From an uncultured Solirubrobacteraceae bacterium (GTDB taxonomy: Bacteria > Actinomycetota > Thermoleophilia > Solirubrobacterales > Solirubrobacteraceae): 64,000 nucleotides of DNA. Position numbers and translations under genes: made by a program. The notes beneath the pieces are model-generated. The model saw nothing but the letters and a program-made list of their open reading frames with translations. It searched no databases and was not told the origin of the DNA. The stretch's first letter is position 1; each line of letters opens with the position of its first letter. The stretch is taken from contig CAWBBS010000011.1 in the NCBI GenBank assembly GCA_963787115.1, positions 154,123-218,122 on the forward strand. The letters run 5' to 3'. This document shows positions 19,058 to 29,900 of this stretch, piece after piece.

Positions 19058-20068
19058 ATGGCCGCCACAAACCATCAGTTCCGTCTGGCCGCCCGTCCCG
19101 TCGGCATGCCGAAGCAGAGCGACTGGCAGTACACGGAGGAGCCCGTGGGCGAGCCCGGCGACGGCGAGGTGCTGATCCGTGTCATCTACGCGTCGATAGA
19201 CCCCGCGATGCGCGGCTGGATCAACGAGGGGCGCTCCTACATCCCGCCCGTCGGGATCGGCGAGGTCATGCGTGCGCTCGGCGCCGGCGAAGTGATCGCG
19301 TCACGGCACCCCGACCTGGCGGTCGGCGACCACGTCACGGGCCTGCTCGGGATCCAGGAGTACGCGCTGCTGCCGGCTGCGGGGCTGATCAAGGTCGACA
19401 CCTCGCTCGCGCCGCTGCCCGTGTATCTCGGCGCGCTCGGCATGCCAGGGATGACCGCGTACTTCGGGCTGATCGACATCGGGCATCCGCAGGAGGGCGA
19501 GACGGTGCTCGTCTCCGGCGCCGCGGGCGCGGTGGGCGGGCTCGTCGGGCAGATCGCCCGGATCAAGGGAGCTCGCGCGGTCGGGATCGCCGGCGGACAG
19601 GAGAAGTGCGCGCACATCGAACGCGACCTGCACTTCGACGCGGCCATCGACTACAAGTCTCAGGACGTGGCCGCGGCGATCGCACAGGAGTGCCCGAACG
19701 GCGTCGACGTGTACTTCGACAACGTCGGCGGGGACATCCTGGACGCTGCGCTGCTGCACATCAATCGCAACGCCCGCATCGTGATCTGCGGGGCGATCTC
19801 CCAGTACAACGCGATGGATGCGATGGAGGGACCGCGCAACTACATGTCGCTGCTCGTGAACCACGCCACCATGACCGGGTTCGTCGTCTCCGACTACTGG
19901 GACCGCTACTCGGAGGGCGCCGCCGCAATGGCGGGCTGGCTCGCGGCCGGGGACATCACCGCGCGCGATGACATCGCCGAGGGCATCGAGAACTTCCCCG
20001 ACACGCTGCTGCGACTGTTCCGCGGCGAGAACCTGGGCAAGCTGTCGCTGAAGATCGCGCCCGAGTGA
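19058..20068 (+). CDS. NADP-dependent oxidoreductase (PTGR/CurA-like, MDR family), paralog 1
   Basis: SIDPAMRGW, GMPGMTAYFGL, SGAAGAVG, YFDNVGG, CGAISQYN; AGGAGG RBS. Confidence 0.93.
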   Translation: MAATNHQFRLAARPVGMPKQSDWQYTEEPVGEPGDGEVLIRVIYASIDPAMRGWINEGRSYIPPVGIGEVMRALGAGEVIASRHPDLAVGDHVTGLLGIQEYALLPAAGLIKVDTSLAPLPVYLGALGMPGMTAYFGLIDIGHPQEGETVLVSGAAGAVGGLVGQIARIKGARAVGIAGGQEKCAHIERDLHFDAAIDYKSQDVAAAIAQECPNGVDVYFDNVGGDILDAALLHINRNARIVICGAISQYNAMDAMEGPRNYMSLLVNHATMTGFVVSDYWDRYSEGAAAMAGWLAAGDITARDDIAEGIENFPDTLLRLFRGENLGKLSLKIAPE

Positions 20069-20083
20069 CGCTGCGCCGCCCGG

Positions 20084-21373
20084 CTAATAGCGCCTGACGA
20101 CCATCGTGTCCTCCGGCACAGGGGCAGCCTCCTCGGTGTCCAGGCGTTCGAGCATGCGTGTTTCGCGGGGTAGCAGTCCGAGCGCGAAGGCCACGATCGC
20201 CAGTGCCGAGCCGATGATCAGCACGTCGACAGCCCCGCCTTTCGCCGCGATCGGGCCCGCCAGCAGGTAGCCGAGCGGCATCAGCCCGCCCGAGATCATC
20301 CAGTCATAGGCGGTGACGCGCGAGAGCCTGTCGGGCGGAATCCGCTCGGCCAGCGCGGTCAGCCACCAGACGTCGAACAGCGCGATCCCCACGCCCGAGA
20401 GCGCGGTTGCGGGCACGACGATCGCCAGCGCCATGCCGGTCGCGTACATGATCGAGACGACAGGCCAGAGCAGGATCCCGAGCATCGCCATGCGCATCGG
20501 ATACCGGGGCCTCCACCCGAGACCGATCAGTGAGCCGGCGATCGTGCCGACACCCAGCGCAGCCTCGACGATGCCGTACACGCTGACGTGGCCGTACTGG
20601 CTCTTGGCGACCACCGGGCCGAGCACATACCAGGGCGAGAGCCCGAAGAAGAGGGCGGCGCAGAAGGACGCCAGCGTCGCCCACACCCAGGTGCGCGAGC
20701 GCACCTCCGCGGAGCCCTCGCGCACCGACTCCCACAGGCCCGGATGCTCCTCGCCCGCCTCCACGGGCGCGGGGCCGCTGCGCCGGCGGGGAGAGATGCG
20801 CGAGAGCAGCGCGGCGCTCACAAGGAAGGTCGCGGCGTCCAGGCCGAACGCCCACCCGGCCCCCGCGCCCAGCACCAGCACGGACGCGAGCGCTGGCCCG
20901 GCGAATTCAGCGACGTTGTTCGACATGCCCGTCAGAGCCGTGGCCTGCTGGATGTCAGCCTCAGGGACCGTCTGAGGCAACAGGCCGCTCGCGGCCGGCC
21001 GCGAGAAGGCCTCGGCGGCGCCGAACAGGACCTCGATCACGACGACCTGCCATACGCGCACCTCGCCGGAGAAGATCAGGAAGCACAGCAGCGCGTGCAG
21101 GCCGAAGCGGGTCAGGTCCGTGACGACCATGACCCGGTGGCGCGGCAGGCGGTCGGCCCACACGCCCCCGATCAGAAGGAAGATCACCAGCGAGAGGCCA
21201 TGGGCCGCCAGCACCAGGCCCAGGTCGGTCGCGCTCCCCGTCTTGTCGATGATGAACAGCGCGAGGGCGACCAGCACGATGTTGTCGCCGATGACGCTCA
21301 GCGACTGCGAGAGCCACAGCAGCCGGAACTCCCGGAACGCCAGCACCCTGCGCATGTCCTTCAGCCCGCTCAC
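20084..21373 (-). CDS. MFS transporter (DHA3/H+ antiporter-like)
   Basis: FRLLWLSQSLS..GD, GGVWADRLPR, about 12 TM helices. Confidence 0.88.
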   Translation of the reverse strand: MSGLKDMRRVLAFREFRLLWLSQSLSVIGDNIVLVALALFIIDKTGSATDLGLVLAAHGLSLVIFLLIGGVWADRLPRHRVMVVTDLTRFGLHALLCFLIFSGEVRVWQVVVIEVLFGAAEAFSRPAASGLLPQTVPEADIQQATALTGMSNNVAEFAGPALASVLVLGAGAGWAFGLDAATFLVSAALLSRISPRRRSGPAPVEAGEEHPGLWESVREGSAEVRSRTWVWATLASFCAALFFGLSPWYVLGPVVAKSQYGHVSVYGIVEAALGVGTIAGSLIGLGWRPRYPMRMAMLGILLWPVVSIMYATGMALAIVVPATALSGVGIALFDVWWLTALAERIPPDRLSRVTAYDWMISGGLMPLGYLLAGPIAAKGGAVDVLIIGSALAIVAFALGLLPRETRMLERLDTEEAAPVPEDTMVVRRY

Positions 21374-21473
21374 AGGATCAGCTTGACGAGCCAGCCGGGC
21401 GGCCGGGGGATCGCTGGCTCTATCATCGCCACGCCCGCGGTCTCTGGGCGCATTCGGTCGCAGGGGAGGAGAG

Positions 21474-23288
21474 ATGGAAGTCACAGCTGCAGGACCGGCG
21501 ACTCGCGAGGGTCTGGCGCTGGACGCGCGCACCTTCTGCGAGGCCTTTCAGAGCACGCTTGCGCTCCACTCGGGCTCGGAGGCCCTGCGCACGCTCGGCG
21601 GCGGGCGGGGCATGACGTGGGCGCAGTACGGGCAGCGTGTTCGCTCGCTCGCCGCCGGGCTGGCCGGGATCGGCGTGCGGCCGGGCGACACGGTGGCGCT
21701 GATGCTCACCAATCGCCCCGAGACGGTGCTCGTCGACAGCGCGGCGATGCACATCGGCGCGATCCCGTTCTCGATCTACAACACCTCCTCACCCGAGCAG
21801 GTCGAATATCTCCTCTCCCATGCGGGCTGCCGGGTGGTGGTGAGCGAGAGCCGCTTCGCCGGGACCGTGCTGGAGGTGGCCGGCCGGCTGGGTTCGATCG
21901 AGCATGTCTTCCTCGTCGATGGCGAGGCCATCGGGGCCGCGCCGCTGGCCCAGCTCGAGCACGCGGGGCACGAGGGCTTTGACTTCGATGCGGCCTGGCG
22001 CGCCGTCGGCCCCGGTGACGTCGCGACGCTCATCTACACCTCCGGCACGACCGGCCCTCCGAAGGCCGTGGAACTGACGCACGAGAGCCTGTTGTGGGAG
22101 CTGCGGCTGCTCGACCGCGTGTTCCCGATGCGCCCCTGCGGCCGCTCGACGTCCTACCTGCCGATGGCCCATCTCGCGGACCGCACGATCTCGCACTACC
22201 AGGCGATCGTCTCCGGCGCGTGCGTGACCTTCGTCCCCGACGTCACCCAGGTGATAGGAGCGCTCGTGGAGGTTCGCCCGACGTTCTGGGGAGCCGTGCC
22301 CAGAGTCTGGGAGAAGCTCAAGGCCGCGCTCGAGGCGGGCTTCGCGGCCGAGCAGGACCAGGCGCTGCGCACGGCGCGCGCGAACGCGCTCGCCGAGGCG
22401 ATCGAGATAGTCCGCGCGGAGCAGGCGGGGGAGAGCGTGCCCGTCGAGCGCCTGCGCGGCCGCGACGCGGCCGACGCCGAGTTCTTCGCCCCGCTGCGCA
22501 CCATGCTCGGCCTCGACGAGGCCGAGTTCCTGATCTCCGGCGCGGCGCCGATCGCCGAGGAGGTGCTCGAGTTCTTCTTCGCGCTGGGGCTCCCCATCTG
22601 CGAGATCTGGGGGATGACGGAGACATCGCTGATCGCCACCAGCAATCCGCCGCAGCGGATCAGGATCGGCACCGTGGGGCCGGCGCTGCCGGGGGTCGAG
22701 GTCTCGCTGGCGCAGGACGGGGAGCTGCTGGTCAGGGGACCGATCGTGATGCGCGGATACCGCGGCGAGCAGGAGCTCACCGAGCAGACGATCGACGCCG
22801 ACGGCTGGCTGCACACCGGCGACGTCGCCGAGATCGACCCCGACGGCTATGTCCGCATCGTCGACCGCAAGAAGGAGCTCATCATCAACGCGGCCGGCAA
22901 GAACATGTCGCCGGCGAACATCGAGAACCGGATCAAGGCGGCCTGCCCGCTCGTCGGGAGCGTCGTTGCGATCGGCGACCGCCGGCCCTTCAACACCGCG
23001 CTCGTCGTGCTCGATCCCGTGGCCGTCGGGGCCTTCGCCGCCGCCCACGACCTCAGCGGCACATCGCCCGCTGAGCTCTCGCGCGATCCGGCCGTTCAGG
23101 GCGCCGTCCTCGCGGGCATCGAGCGCGCCAACGCCGCGCTCAGCCGCGTAGAGCAGATCAAGCGCCACACGATCCTGCCCGAGGAGTGGCAGCCCGGGGG
23201 CGATGAGCTGACGCCGACGATGAAGCTCAGGCGCCGTCCGATCGCCGAGAAGTACAGCGCCGAGATCGAGGCCATGTACGCCGGCTAG
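21474..23288 (+). CDS. Long-chain fatty acid-CoA ligase (AMP-dependent synthetase)
   Basis: YTSGTTGPPK, WGMTE, WLHTGD, DRKKELII, ELTPTMKLRR. Confidence 0.93.
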   Translation: MEVTAAGPATREGLALDARTFCEAFQSTLALHSGSEALRTLGGGRGMTWAQYGQRVRSLAAGLAGIGVRPGDTVALMLTNRPETVLVDSAAMHIGAIPFSIYNTSSPEQVEYLLSHAGCRVVVSESRFAGTVLEVAGRLGSIEHVFLVDGEAIGAAPLAQLEHAGHEGFDFDAAWRAVGPGDVATLIYTSGTTGPPKAVELTHESLLWELRLLDRVFPMRPCGRSTSYLPMAHLADRTISHYQAIVSGACVTFVPDVTQVIGALVEVRPTFWGAVPRVWEKLKAALEAGFAAEQDQALRTARANALAEAIEIVRAEQAGESVPVERLRGRDAADAEFFAPLRTMLGLDEAEFLISGAAPIAEEVLEFFFALGLPICEIWGMTETSLIATSNPPQRIRIGTVGPALPGVEVSLAQDGELLVRGPIVMRGYRGEQELTEQTIDADGWLHTGDVAEIDPDGYVRIVDRKKELIINAAGKNMSPANIENRIKAACPLVGSVVAIGDRRPFNTALVVLDPVAVGAFAAAHDLSGTSPAELSRDPAVQGAVLAGIERANAALSRVEQIKRHTILPEEWQPGGDELTPTMKLRRRPIAEKYSAEIEAMYAG

Positions 23289-23327
23289 CGCCGCGTGAGC
23301 CTCCGGTCGGCCGGGTATCGTGACCGC

Positions 23328-23807
23328 ATGGACAGAACCCTGATCGTGAACCTCGCCGACGCGCCCGCTCGCAGCCATCCCCGCCGGGCCACACAGATCG
23401 ACTGGGAGCCCGAGGACGCGCCTTGGCCGGACACGGGCGTGAACGTCCAGGTGATGCAGCCCGGACAGCCGAACTGCCGCTATCACTCGGAGGCCGTCCA
23501 GGAGGACTTCCTGGTCCTGCAGGGCGAGTGCATCGCGATCATCGAAGGCGAGGAGCGCACCCTCAGGCAATGGGACTTCTTCCACTGCCCGGCCGGAGTG
23601 ACCCACGTGTTCGTCGGCTCAGGCGACGGGCCGTGCGCGGTCCTGATGATCGGCTCGCGGCGGGTGGATGAGTGCCATTACCCCGTCAACGAGGTGGCCG
23701 GGAAGTACGACGCCTCTGTCGCCGAGGCGACAGACGAGCCGGACGAGGCATATGCAGACTGGCGCTCGGAGCCGTGGCAGCCGGTTCCCAGCCCCTGGCC
23801 CCTGTAG
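23328..23807 (+). CDS. Cupin domain protein
   Basis: YHSE..QEDFLVLQGE and HCPAGVTH cupin motifs; TATCGT -10 box 6 nt before ATG. Confidence 0.88.
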   Translation: MDRTLIVNLADAPARSHPRRATQIDWEPEDAPWPDTGVNVQVMQPGQPNCRYHSEAVQEDFLVLQGECIAIIEGEERTLRQWDFFHCPAGVTHVFVGSGDGPCAVLMIGSRRVDECHYPVNEVAGKYDASVAEATDEPDEAYADWRSEPWQPVPSPWPL

Positions 23808-23850
23808 TACTCCGCTCGCCTGCTTCTCGTCGGCCGTCCGGCCAACGGTT

Positions 23851-24690
23851 CTACAGCTCGAAGATCGTGCCCTCGGCCCCCACGAGAACGGGCGGCGTGT
23901 GGCCGGTGAAGCGGGCGGCCAGCTGATCGAGCTCGTCGTCCGTGCGGTCCGAGCGGTGGTGAAAGAGCACGACCGTCCCCGCGCCCGCGCGCGTCCCGAG
24001 CCCCACGCCGTAGTCGGCGACCGCGTGCCCGTACACCGCCATCTCCTCCTCGTCGGGCAGCAGCTGCGCATCGTGCAGCAGCAGGTCGGCGCCGGCGGCG
24101 AGCTCGAGGGCCGCAGGGTGGTACTCACCGAACCCGTCCTCGCCGGGGCCGAGGACCGTGGGGCAGTGATCCGGCATGTAACACAGCGTCGAGCGCCCAT
24201 CGCTGATGCGGTAGCCGAACGTGCGCCCGCCCTTGTGCGGCACCTCGCATGCGAGGACCGTGAAGCCCTGGAGCTCGTGCTCGCCCGGGGCGAGCGTGTC
24301 GAAGCGCCAGTCGCCCCGCAGCGCCGTCGGGCCGACGGGGAAGTAGGGGGGGCGCATGATCCCCGAGAGCACTTCGACCGCGTCTCTGCCGTCGGCCTGC
24401 TCGGGGAGCAGAAGGTGAACCGCCGCGGTGTCATCGTCGCCCCTCGGGAAGAACGGCAGCCCCGTGGAGTGGTCCCAGTGCAGGTGCGAGAGCAGGATCG
24501 TGCCCCGGAAGGGCGATCCGTTCAGCAGCTTGTGCACCTGCTGCAGGCCGATGCCGGCATCGAGGACCAGGCTCGGAGCGGCGGCGCCGTCATGCGCGAT
24601 GGCGACGCACGCGGTGTGCCCGCCGTAGCGAATGAACTCGAATCCGGGCGCGGGCGTGGAGCCGCGCACTCCGCAGAGATGGACCCGCAA
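23851..24690 (-). CDS. MBL-fold metallo-hydrolase (RNase Z/cyclic-nucleotide PDE-like subfamily)
   Basis: GVRGSTP, YGGHTACV, LDAGIG, SHLHWDH (HxHxDH), YMPDH, HDAQ, LFHH. Confidence 0.9.
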   Translation of the reverse strand: MRVHLCGVRGSTPAPGFEFIRYGGHTACVAIAHDGAAAPSLVLDAGIGLQQVHKLLNGSPFRGTILLSHLHWDHSTGLPFFPRGDDDTAAVHLLLPEQADGRDAVEVLSGIMRPPYFPVGPTALRGDWRFDTLAPGEHELQGFTVLACEVPHKGGRTFGYRISDGRSTLCYMPDHCPTVLGPGEDGFGEYHPAALELAAGADLLLHDAQLLPDEEEMAVYGHAVADYGVGLGTRAGAGTVVLFHHRSDRTDDELDQLAARFTGHTPPVLVGAEGTIFEL

Positions 24691-24915
24691 GGCTGCTCAG
24701 TCCCGGTCAGGCCTCGTGCGGCGGCGCGAGAGGGGCCGCGCACGAACGCGGCGATCGTGGTTTGCAGGCCCGTCGAGCTGAACCGTGTACGCGCGACCGG
24801 TGACCGCCACCGGTGGGGCCGCGGACCGCAGGCTCGATAGACCGTTCCGGCGCACGCGCGCATTATGTCATCAGAACGTGAACGCGGCACGAGCCCGTGT
24901 ACTTTGCGCGTCCGT

Positions 24916-26691
24916 TCAGCTCGGGTCCGGGATCGTCCAGACGGGAAGCTTCTCGGTGCGTCCGCGGATGTCCAGCTCGCCATACAGTTCGAGCTGCTGC
25001 GGCGGGTGCTCCAGCCGGTCGCGCGTGGACTGCGCCACGAAGAGCATGTGGCCGGTCCCCTTGGTCATGCCCTCCAGGCGCGAGGCCGTGTTGGTCGTGT
25101 CGCCGAGTGCCGTGTATTCGACGCGCCGCTCGGAGCCGATGTTCCCGGCCATCACCGGGCCGCTGTTCAGCCCCACACCCATGCGGAAGCGGTGCTCGTG
25201 CCCCTCCTGGCCGAGCCAGTCGTTGAAGCCGTCCAGCCGCGGCCCGATCATCTCGATCGCGGCGGTGAGCGCCCGATCGGCGTGGTCGGTCTGCTCGAGC
25301 GGCGCGCCGAACACGGCCATGATCCCGTCGCCCATGTAGGAGATCAGCGTGCCGCCGGCATCCTGGATCGCTTCGGTCATTTCGTTCAGGTAGGTGTTGA
25401 CGACGTCGATCACGCGCGAGGCCGGCTGCGTCTCGGAGAAGCTCGTGAACCCGCGCAGGTCGGAGAACAGCACCGTGCAGTCGCGTTCGACTGCGCCGAG
25501 GCGCAGGTTGTCGTCGGTTCGCGCGACCACCTGGGCGATCACGTCGGGAGGCACGAACCGCGCGAACAGGTCGTGCACCCGCTCGCGCTCGATCGCCTCG
25601 CTGAGGTAGACGACCGCGAGCGTGCCGAGCGAGGCAATCGCGAGCGCCAGCAGCGGATAGACCACGGAGACGATGCGCCCGTTGTTGAACGCGAACTGGG
25701 CCGCGACCGTGAAGATGATCGCGCCGGCGAGCGCGGCCAACAGCGAGCGAAGCGGCGGAAGCCGCAGGCTCGCGAGCGGGGCTATCGCTCCGATCGCGAT
25801 GATCAGCAGGACGTCGACCCAGGCCGGGACGCCGCGGAGCGGCACCCCCCGCTGCAGTGTCGAGACGGCGTTGGCCCAGAGTTCGGGCCCGGACATGACC
25901 AGGCCGTTGGTGGTAGCGGTCGAGTGCACGTCCTGCAGCACCGGCGCCGTCGCTCCGAGGATCACGGTCTTGCCACGGAAGGCGTTCGCCGGATAGTTCC
26001 CGGTCAGGACCTTCGAGTAGGAGATCGACCTGAAGGTTTCCGGCGGCCCCACGAAGTCGATCGGAAGGGTCCCGTCTTCGAACAGCGAGGCGTGCACCAG
26101 CTTCCCGGTCTCGACTTCGTTCGTCACGACCCCGAAGCTCTTGAGGTGGTGGTCCTGGAAGGGGAAGCGCCTGACGGTGCCGTCGCTGTCGACGGTGAGC
26201 CTCGCACTGGCGGGGCGCGCGCCGATTTCGGCGAGCAGCCCGTTGCCGCCGAGTATCTGTGTTTCCCCGTTGGTGCCGACCGAGGTCGTCGTCAGGACGG
26301 TGCGTCCGTGCGCGCGCCCGATCGCTTCGATCAGTTCGTTGTCTTCGGTTTCATTGGTCTGCTGGGTGAACTGAAGGTCGATGGCGATCACCCGTGCTCC
26401 GCCCTCGCGCAGGCGGTCGATGACCTTGGCGTCGTACTTGCGGGGGAAGGGGAACTCCGAGGCCAGTTTCCTTTCGTTCATTTCCTGCAGGGAGGCGTTG
26501 TCGATCGCCACGATGACGATGTTCGCGGGGGGCGTCTCGGGCCCGCGCACCGAGAAACGGGCATCGATGGTCTGCTCTTCACTGCGCCGGAGCAGGTTGG
26601 TCGCGTAGGCGACCACGCCGACACCGCATGCCACAAAGGCCACCACCAGGAGCAGCGCAGCCTTGCGGCGGCGCCAGGCTGCGCGGCCCAC
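24916..26691 (-). CDS. CHASE2-domain class III nucleotidyl cyclase
   Basis: N-terminal TM; CHASE2 (IVIVAID, FPRKYDAKVI, MSGPELWANA); three TMs; cyclase motifs LFSDLRGFT, GDGIMAVFG, GDTTNTASRLE. Confidence 0.93.
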   Translation of the reverse strand: MGRAAWRRRKAALLLVVAFVACGVGVVAYATNLLRRSEEQTIDARFSVRGPETPPANIVIVAIDNASLQEMNERKLASEFPFPRKYDAKVIDRLREGGARVIAIDLQFTQQTNETEDNELIEAIGRAHGRTVLTTTSVGTNGETQILGGNGLLAEIGARPASARLTVDSDGTVRRFPFQDHHLKSFGVVTNEVETGKLVHASLFEDGTLPIDFVGPPETFRSISYSKVLTGNYPANAFRGKTVILGATAPVLQDVHSTATTNGLVMSGPELWANAVSTLQRGVPLRGVPAWVDVLLIIAIGAIAPLASLRLPPLRSLLAALAGAIIFTVAAQFAFNNGRIVSVVYPLLALAIASLGTLAVVYLSEAIERERVHDLFARFVPPDVIAQVVARTDDNLRLGAVERDCTVLFSDLRGFTSFSETQPASRVIDVVNTYLNEMTEAIQDAGGTLISYMGDGIMAVFGAPLEQTDHADRALTAAIEMIGPRLDGFNDWLGQEGHEHRFRMGVGLNSGPVMAGNIGSERRVEYTALGDTTNTASRLEGMTKGTGHMLFVAQSTRDRLEHPPQQLELYGELDIRGRTEKLPVWTIPDPS

Positions 26692-26778
26692 CTAGCGTTC
26701 GCCCGCCGTGCTGAGGGCGAGGTGAAACCGGCGATTGCGGTTGCCTTGCGTCAGGCTTGATAGGTGCTCGCTCATAAA

Positions 26779-26807
26779 TTGACTTCTGATCAGCCCATGA
26801 TTATCGT
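26779..26807 (+). promoter_or_regulatory. Putative promoter in AT-rich divergent intergenic region
   Basis: TTGACT (26779-26784), 17 nt, TATCGT (26802-26807), upstream of the FG-GAP/IPT gene. Confidence 0.45.
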
Positions 26808-26929
26808 TTAGATTCGAGAGCGTCGCTAAAGGTCGCATGGGCGTGGCTCGCAGTCCGCGGGCATTATTTAGCCATATAGAGCTTCGGAGGAGTGAGACGC
26901 CCGGTACCCCGGGCTCTTTTTGTATAGGC

Positions 26930-29900
26930 ATGGATCGCTCGACAACTATCCCGAAGACGGACACCACGCAGCGCATGCCGCGTCTGCTGATCGCTGCGGC
27001 GGTGCTCTCGGTGCTGCTAGGCACCTGGCTCGCGGGCGTCATCGCGGGCGCCAGCCAGGGCGGCCGCACTCCGGCCGCGGCCTCGCATGCCGCGTCGCTG
27101 GAGTCACTCGGACCCGCCTCCGCCCTGCCGATCTCTCAGGCCGTCGGCCGCGCCGACCCCGCCTACCACGCCACCGCCTCGGCTGCAGGTGCGAGCTTCT
27201 CGACACCGGCCCAGGCAATGAGCGAGAACTTCTCGAGCGCCGGTGTGACGGTGCACGCCGGTGCCCTCGCGCTCGGACTCGACCTCACCGGAGTGGGCAC
27301 GAGCACGGCCCTCGCCCCCGTCGCGCAGACCGCGCCGACAGCGACAGGCAACCGGGTGCTCTATTCGCGCGGCGCCGTCAGCGAGTGGTATGTGAACGGT
27401 CCCGCCGGCCTGGAGCAGGGATTCACCGTCGCGAGCGCTCCGGCGGGCTCGGGTCCGCTGACGCTGGGGCTCACGATCTCGGGCAACGCGAGCGCGCACG
27501 CGGGCACCACACCGCAGAGCATCGACTTCAAGGGTCCCGCCGGCAAGCTTCTGCGCTACGGCGACCTCAGGGCCGTCGACGCGGCCGGGCACCCGCTCAG
27601 CGCTCGTCTGGCGATTCACGGGCGGACGCTGCAGATAGAGGTCAACACCAGCGGAGCGCGCTTCCCGGTGCGGATCGACCCGCTCGTCCAGCAGGGTGGC
27701 AGGCTCTCGGAAGGCAACGAAGGGCTGTTCGGGTTCAGTGTCTCCCTGTCCGCAGACGGCAACACGGCGCTCGTGGGAGCGCCCCGCACACCCCTGAACA
27801 GGTTCGCCGGCACCGCGTGGGTCTTCACGATGACCTACACGGGGTGGGCCGAGCAGGCCGAATTCGGCACCAGCGAACCCGGCGGTTCATTGTCACCGGA
27901 ATGCGCGGCCGCGCCTGAACACTGCAGCATCGGGACCAGCGTCTCGCTTTCGGCCGATGGCAACACCGCGCTGGTGGGGGCGCCCTCGCCGCGCAAGAAC
28001 GGCTATCACGGCCAGGTGTTCGTCTACACGCGCGAAGGGACCGTTTGGACCCGTACCGCCACCCTCCTCGCCGGCAGCGAACAGGCCGGCGGCGGTGGCT
28101 TCGGACAGGGCGTGGCGGTGTCGGCGGACGGCACGGAGGCGATCGTCGGGGCTCCCCAGGACCTCTCCAACCGCGGCTCCGTCTGGATCTTCCAGCGCAG
28201 CGGCTCCACCTGGTCCCACGACGGGGGCCTGCTGAACGGCGGGAAGGCCGAGGTCGGGCCCGGTCACCTCGGCTACAGCGTGGCCATCGACGGGAACACG
28301 GCGATCGCCGGGGCGCCCGATGACGGCAGCGCACAATCCGGAGCGGTATGGGACTTCACTCGAACCAGTTCAGGCTGGACGCTGCCCGGCAACAAGATCG
28401 TCGCCCCCGGAGCAGGCTCCGGTGCGCACTTCGGCTACAGCGTCGCGCTCGCGGGTGAAAGGGCGATCGTCGGCGCCCCCGGTGCCGCCGCGGGGGCCGG
28501 TGTGGCGTGGGGCTTCACCCAGGCCACCGCCGCCCTCGACGAACCCTTCGAAATCACGGGCTCAGGTGAGGTCGGCGCGGGAGCATTCGGATCGTCGGTC
28601 GCGCTCTCCGGTGACGGCCACACCGCGCTCATCGGCGCCCCTGGCGACAGCTCGGGCGCCGGCGCGGCCTGGCTGTTTGGGAGCTCGGGAGGCGCCTGGA
28701 CGACGCTCCAGCAACTCGGGAGCGGTGAAGCTGAACAGCTCAAATTCGGTACCAGCGTCGCACTGTCAGGCGACGGGACGAGTGCCCTGGTCGGAGGCGC
28801 GCCGGAAGAATCCCGCATGGGCGCGGTGTGGTCCTTCGGCCACGCGGTGGCTCCCGTCGTGGGCGCCGTGCACCCGGAATCGGGTCCGGTCGCCGGTGGC
28901 ACGACCGTCGTGATCGAAGGCAGCGGCTTCAAAGCCGGTGCGACCGTCACGATCGGCACGGCAGCGACCTCGGTGAAGGTGATCTCCACCAGCAAGATTC
29001 TCGCCACGACGCAGGCGAACCCGGCAGGCTCCGATGAGGTCATCGTCAGCGACTCGGGAGGGACCTCGACGGGTGGTCCGCTGTTCACCTTCACCCCGCC
29101 CAAGCCGCCCGCGCCGACCGTCACCTCCGTGGAACCGTCGTCCGGGCCCGCAGCCGGCGGCAGCGAAGTGACGATCACGGGCACGGGCTTCGTCTCCGGC
29201 GCGGCCGTGGTGATCGGCAGCCCCGCCGAATCGGTGAACGTCATCTCCTCGACTGAAATCCGCGCCGTCACAGCGGCCACGCCCGCAGGCTCGGACGAAG
29301 TCGTGGTGAGCGACGCCAACGGAACCTCCGAAAACGGCCCGTCCTTCACCTACACCAGTCCTCCCCCCGCCCAGGAAAAGACCACCACCACTTCCACCAC
29401 CACGACGACGACCACCACGACGACGACTCCGACGCCTCACATCGCGGCCTCCGGCGTCCTGGGCTCCAGCGAACAGGAACTCCCCGCTCCGGTGCTCGCG
29501 ACCAGCGGCAACATCAAGCGGGTGACGGGCACCATCTACATCAAGCTCCCGGGCAGCAGCGGCTTCACCGTCCTCAGCCCGCAGGCGCATGTCCCGTTCG
29601 GGACGGTCATCGACGCCACCAGCGGTCACGTCCAGGTCATCACCGCGGGACCCAGCGGGCCGGAGACCATCACCTACTACGGCGGCGTCTTCAAGCTGAC
29701 CCAGAGCAGGAAGGGCTCGGTCATCGCGACCCTCACCGGCGGCAGCCGCGTCGGCTGCCCGGTCGCGAAAAGGAACACCCGCCACCTCGACAGCGACGGC
29801 GACTTCGACAACGACTCATACGCCCGGGCTGCGCGCTCCACCAAACGCGTGGTGCGCAAACTGTGGTCCGAAGGCCACGGGCACTACACGACGAAGGGCA

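Noticed and set aside
26692-26930. CRP/GlxR binding site in the cyclase divergent promoter region
   Set aside because: No TGTGA-N6-TCACA-like palindrome was found by eye.
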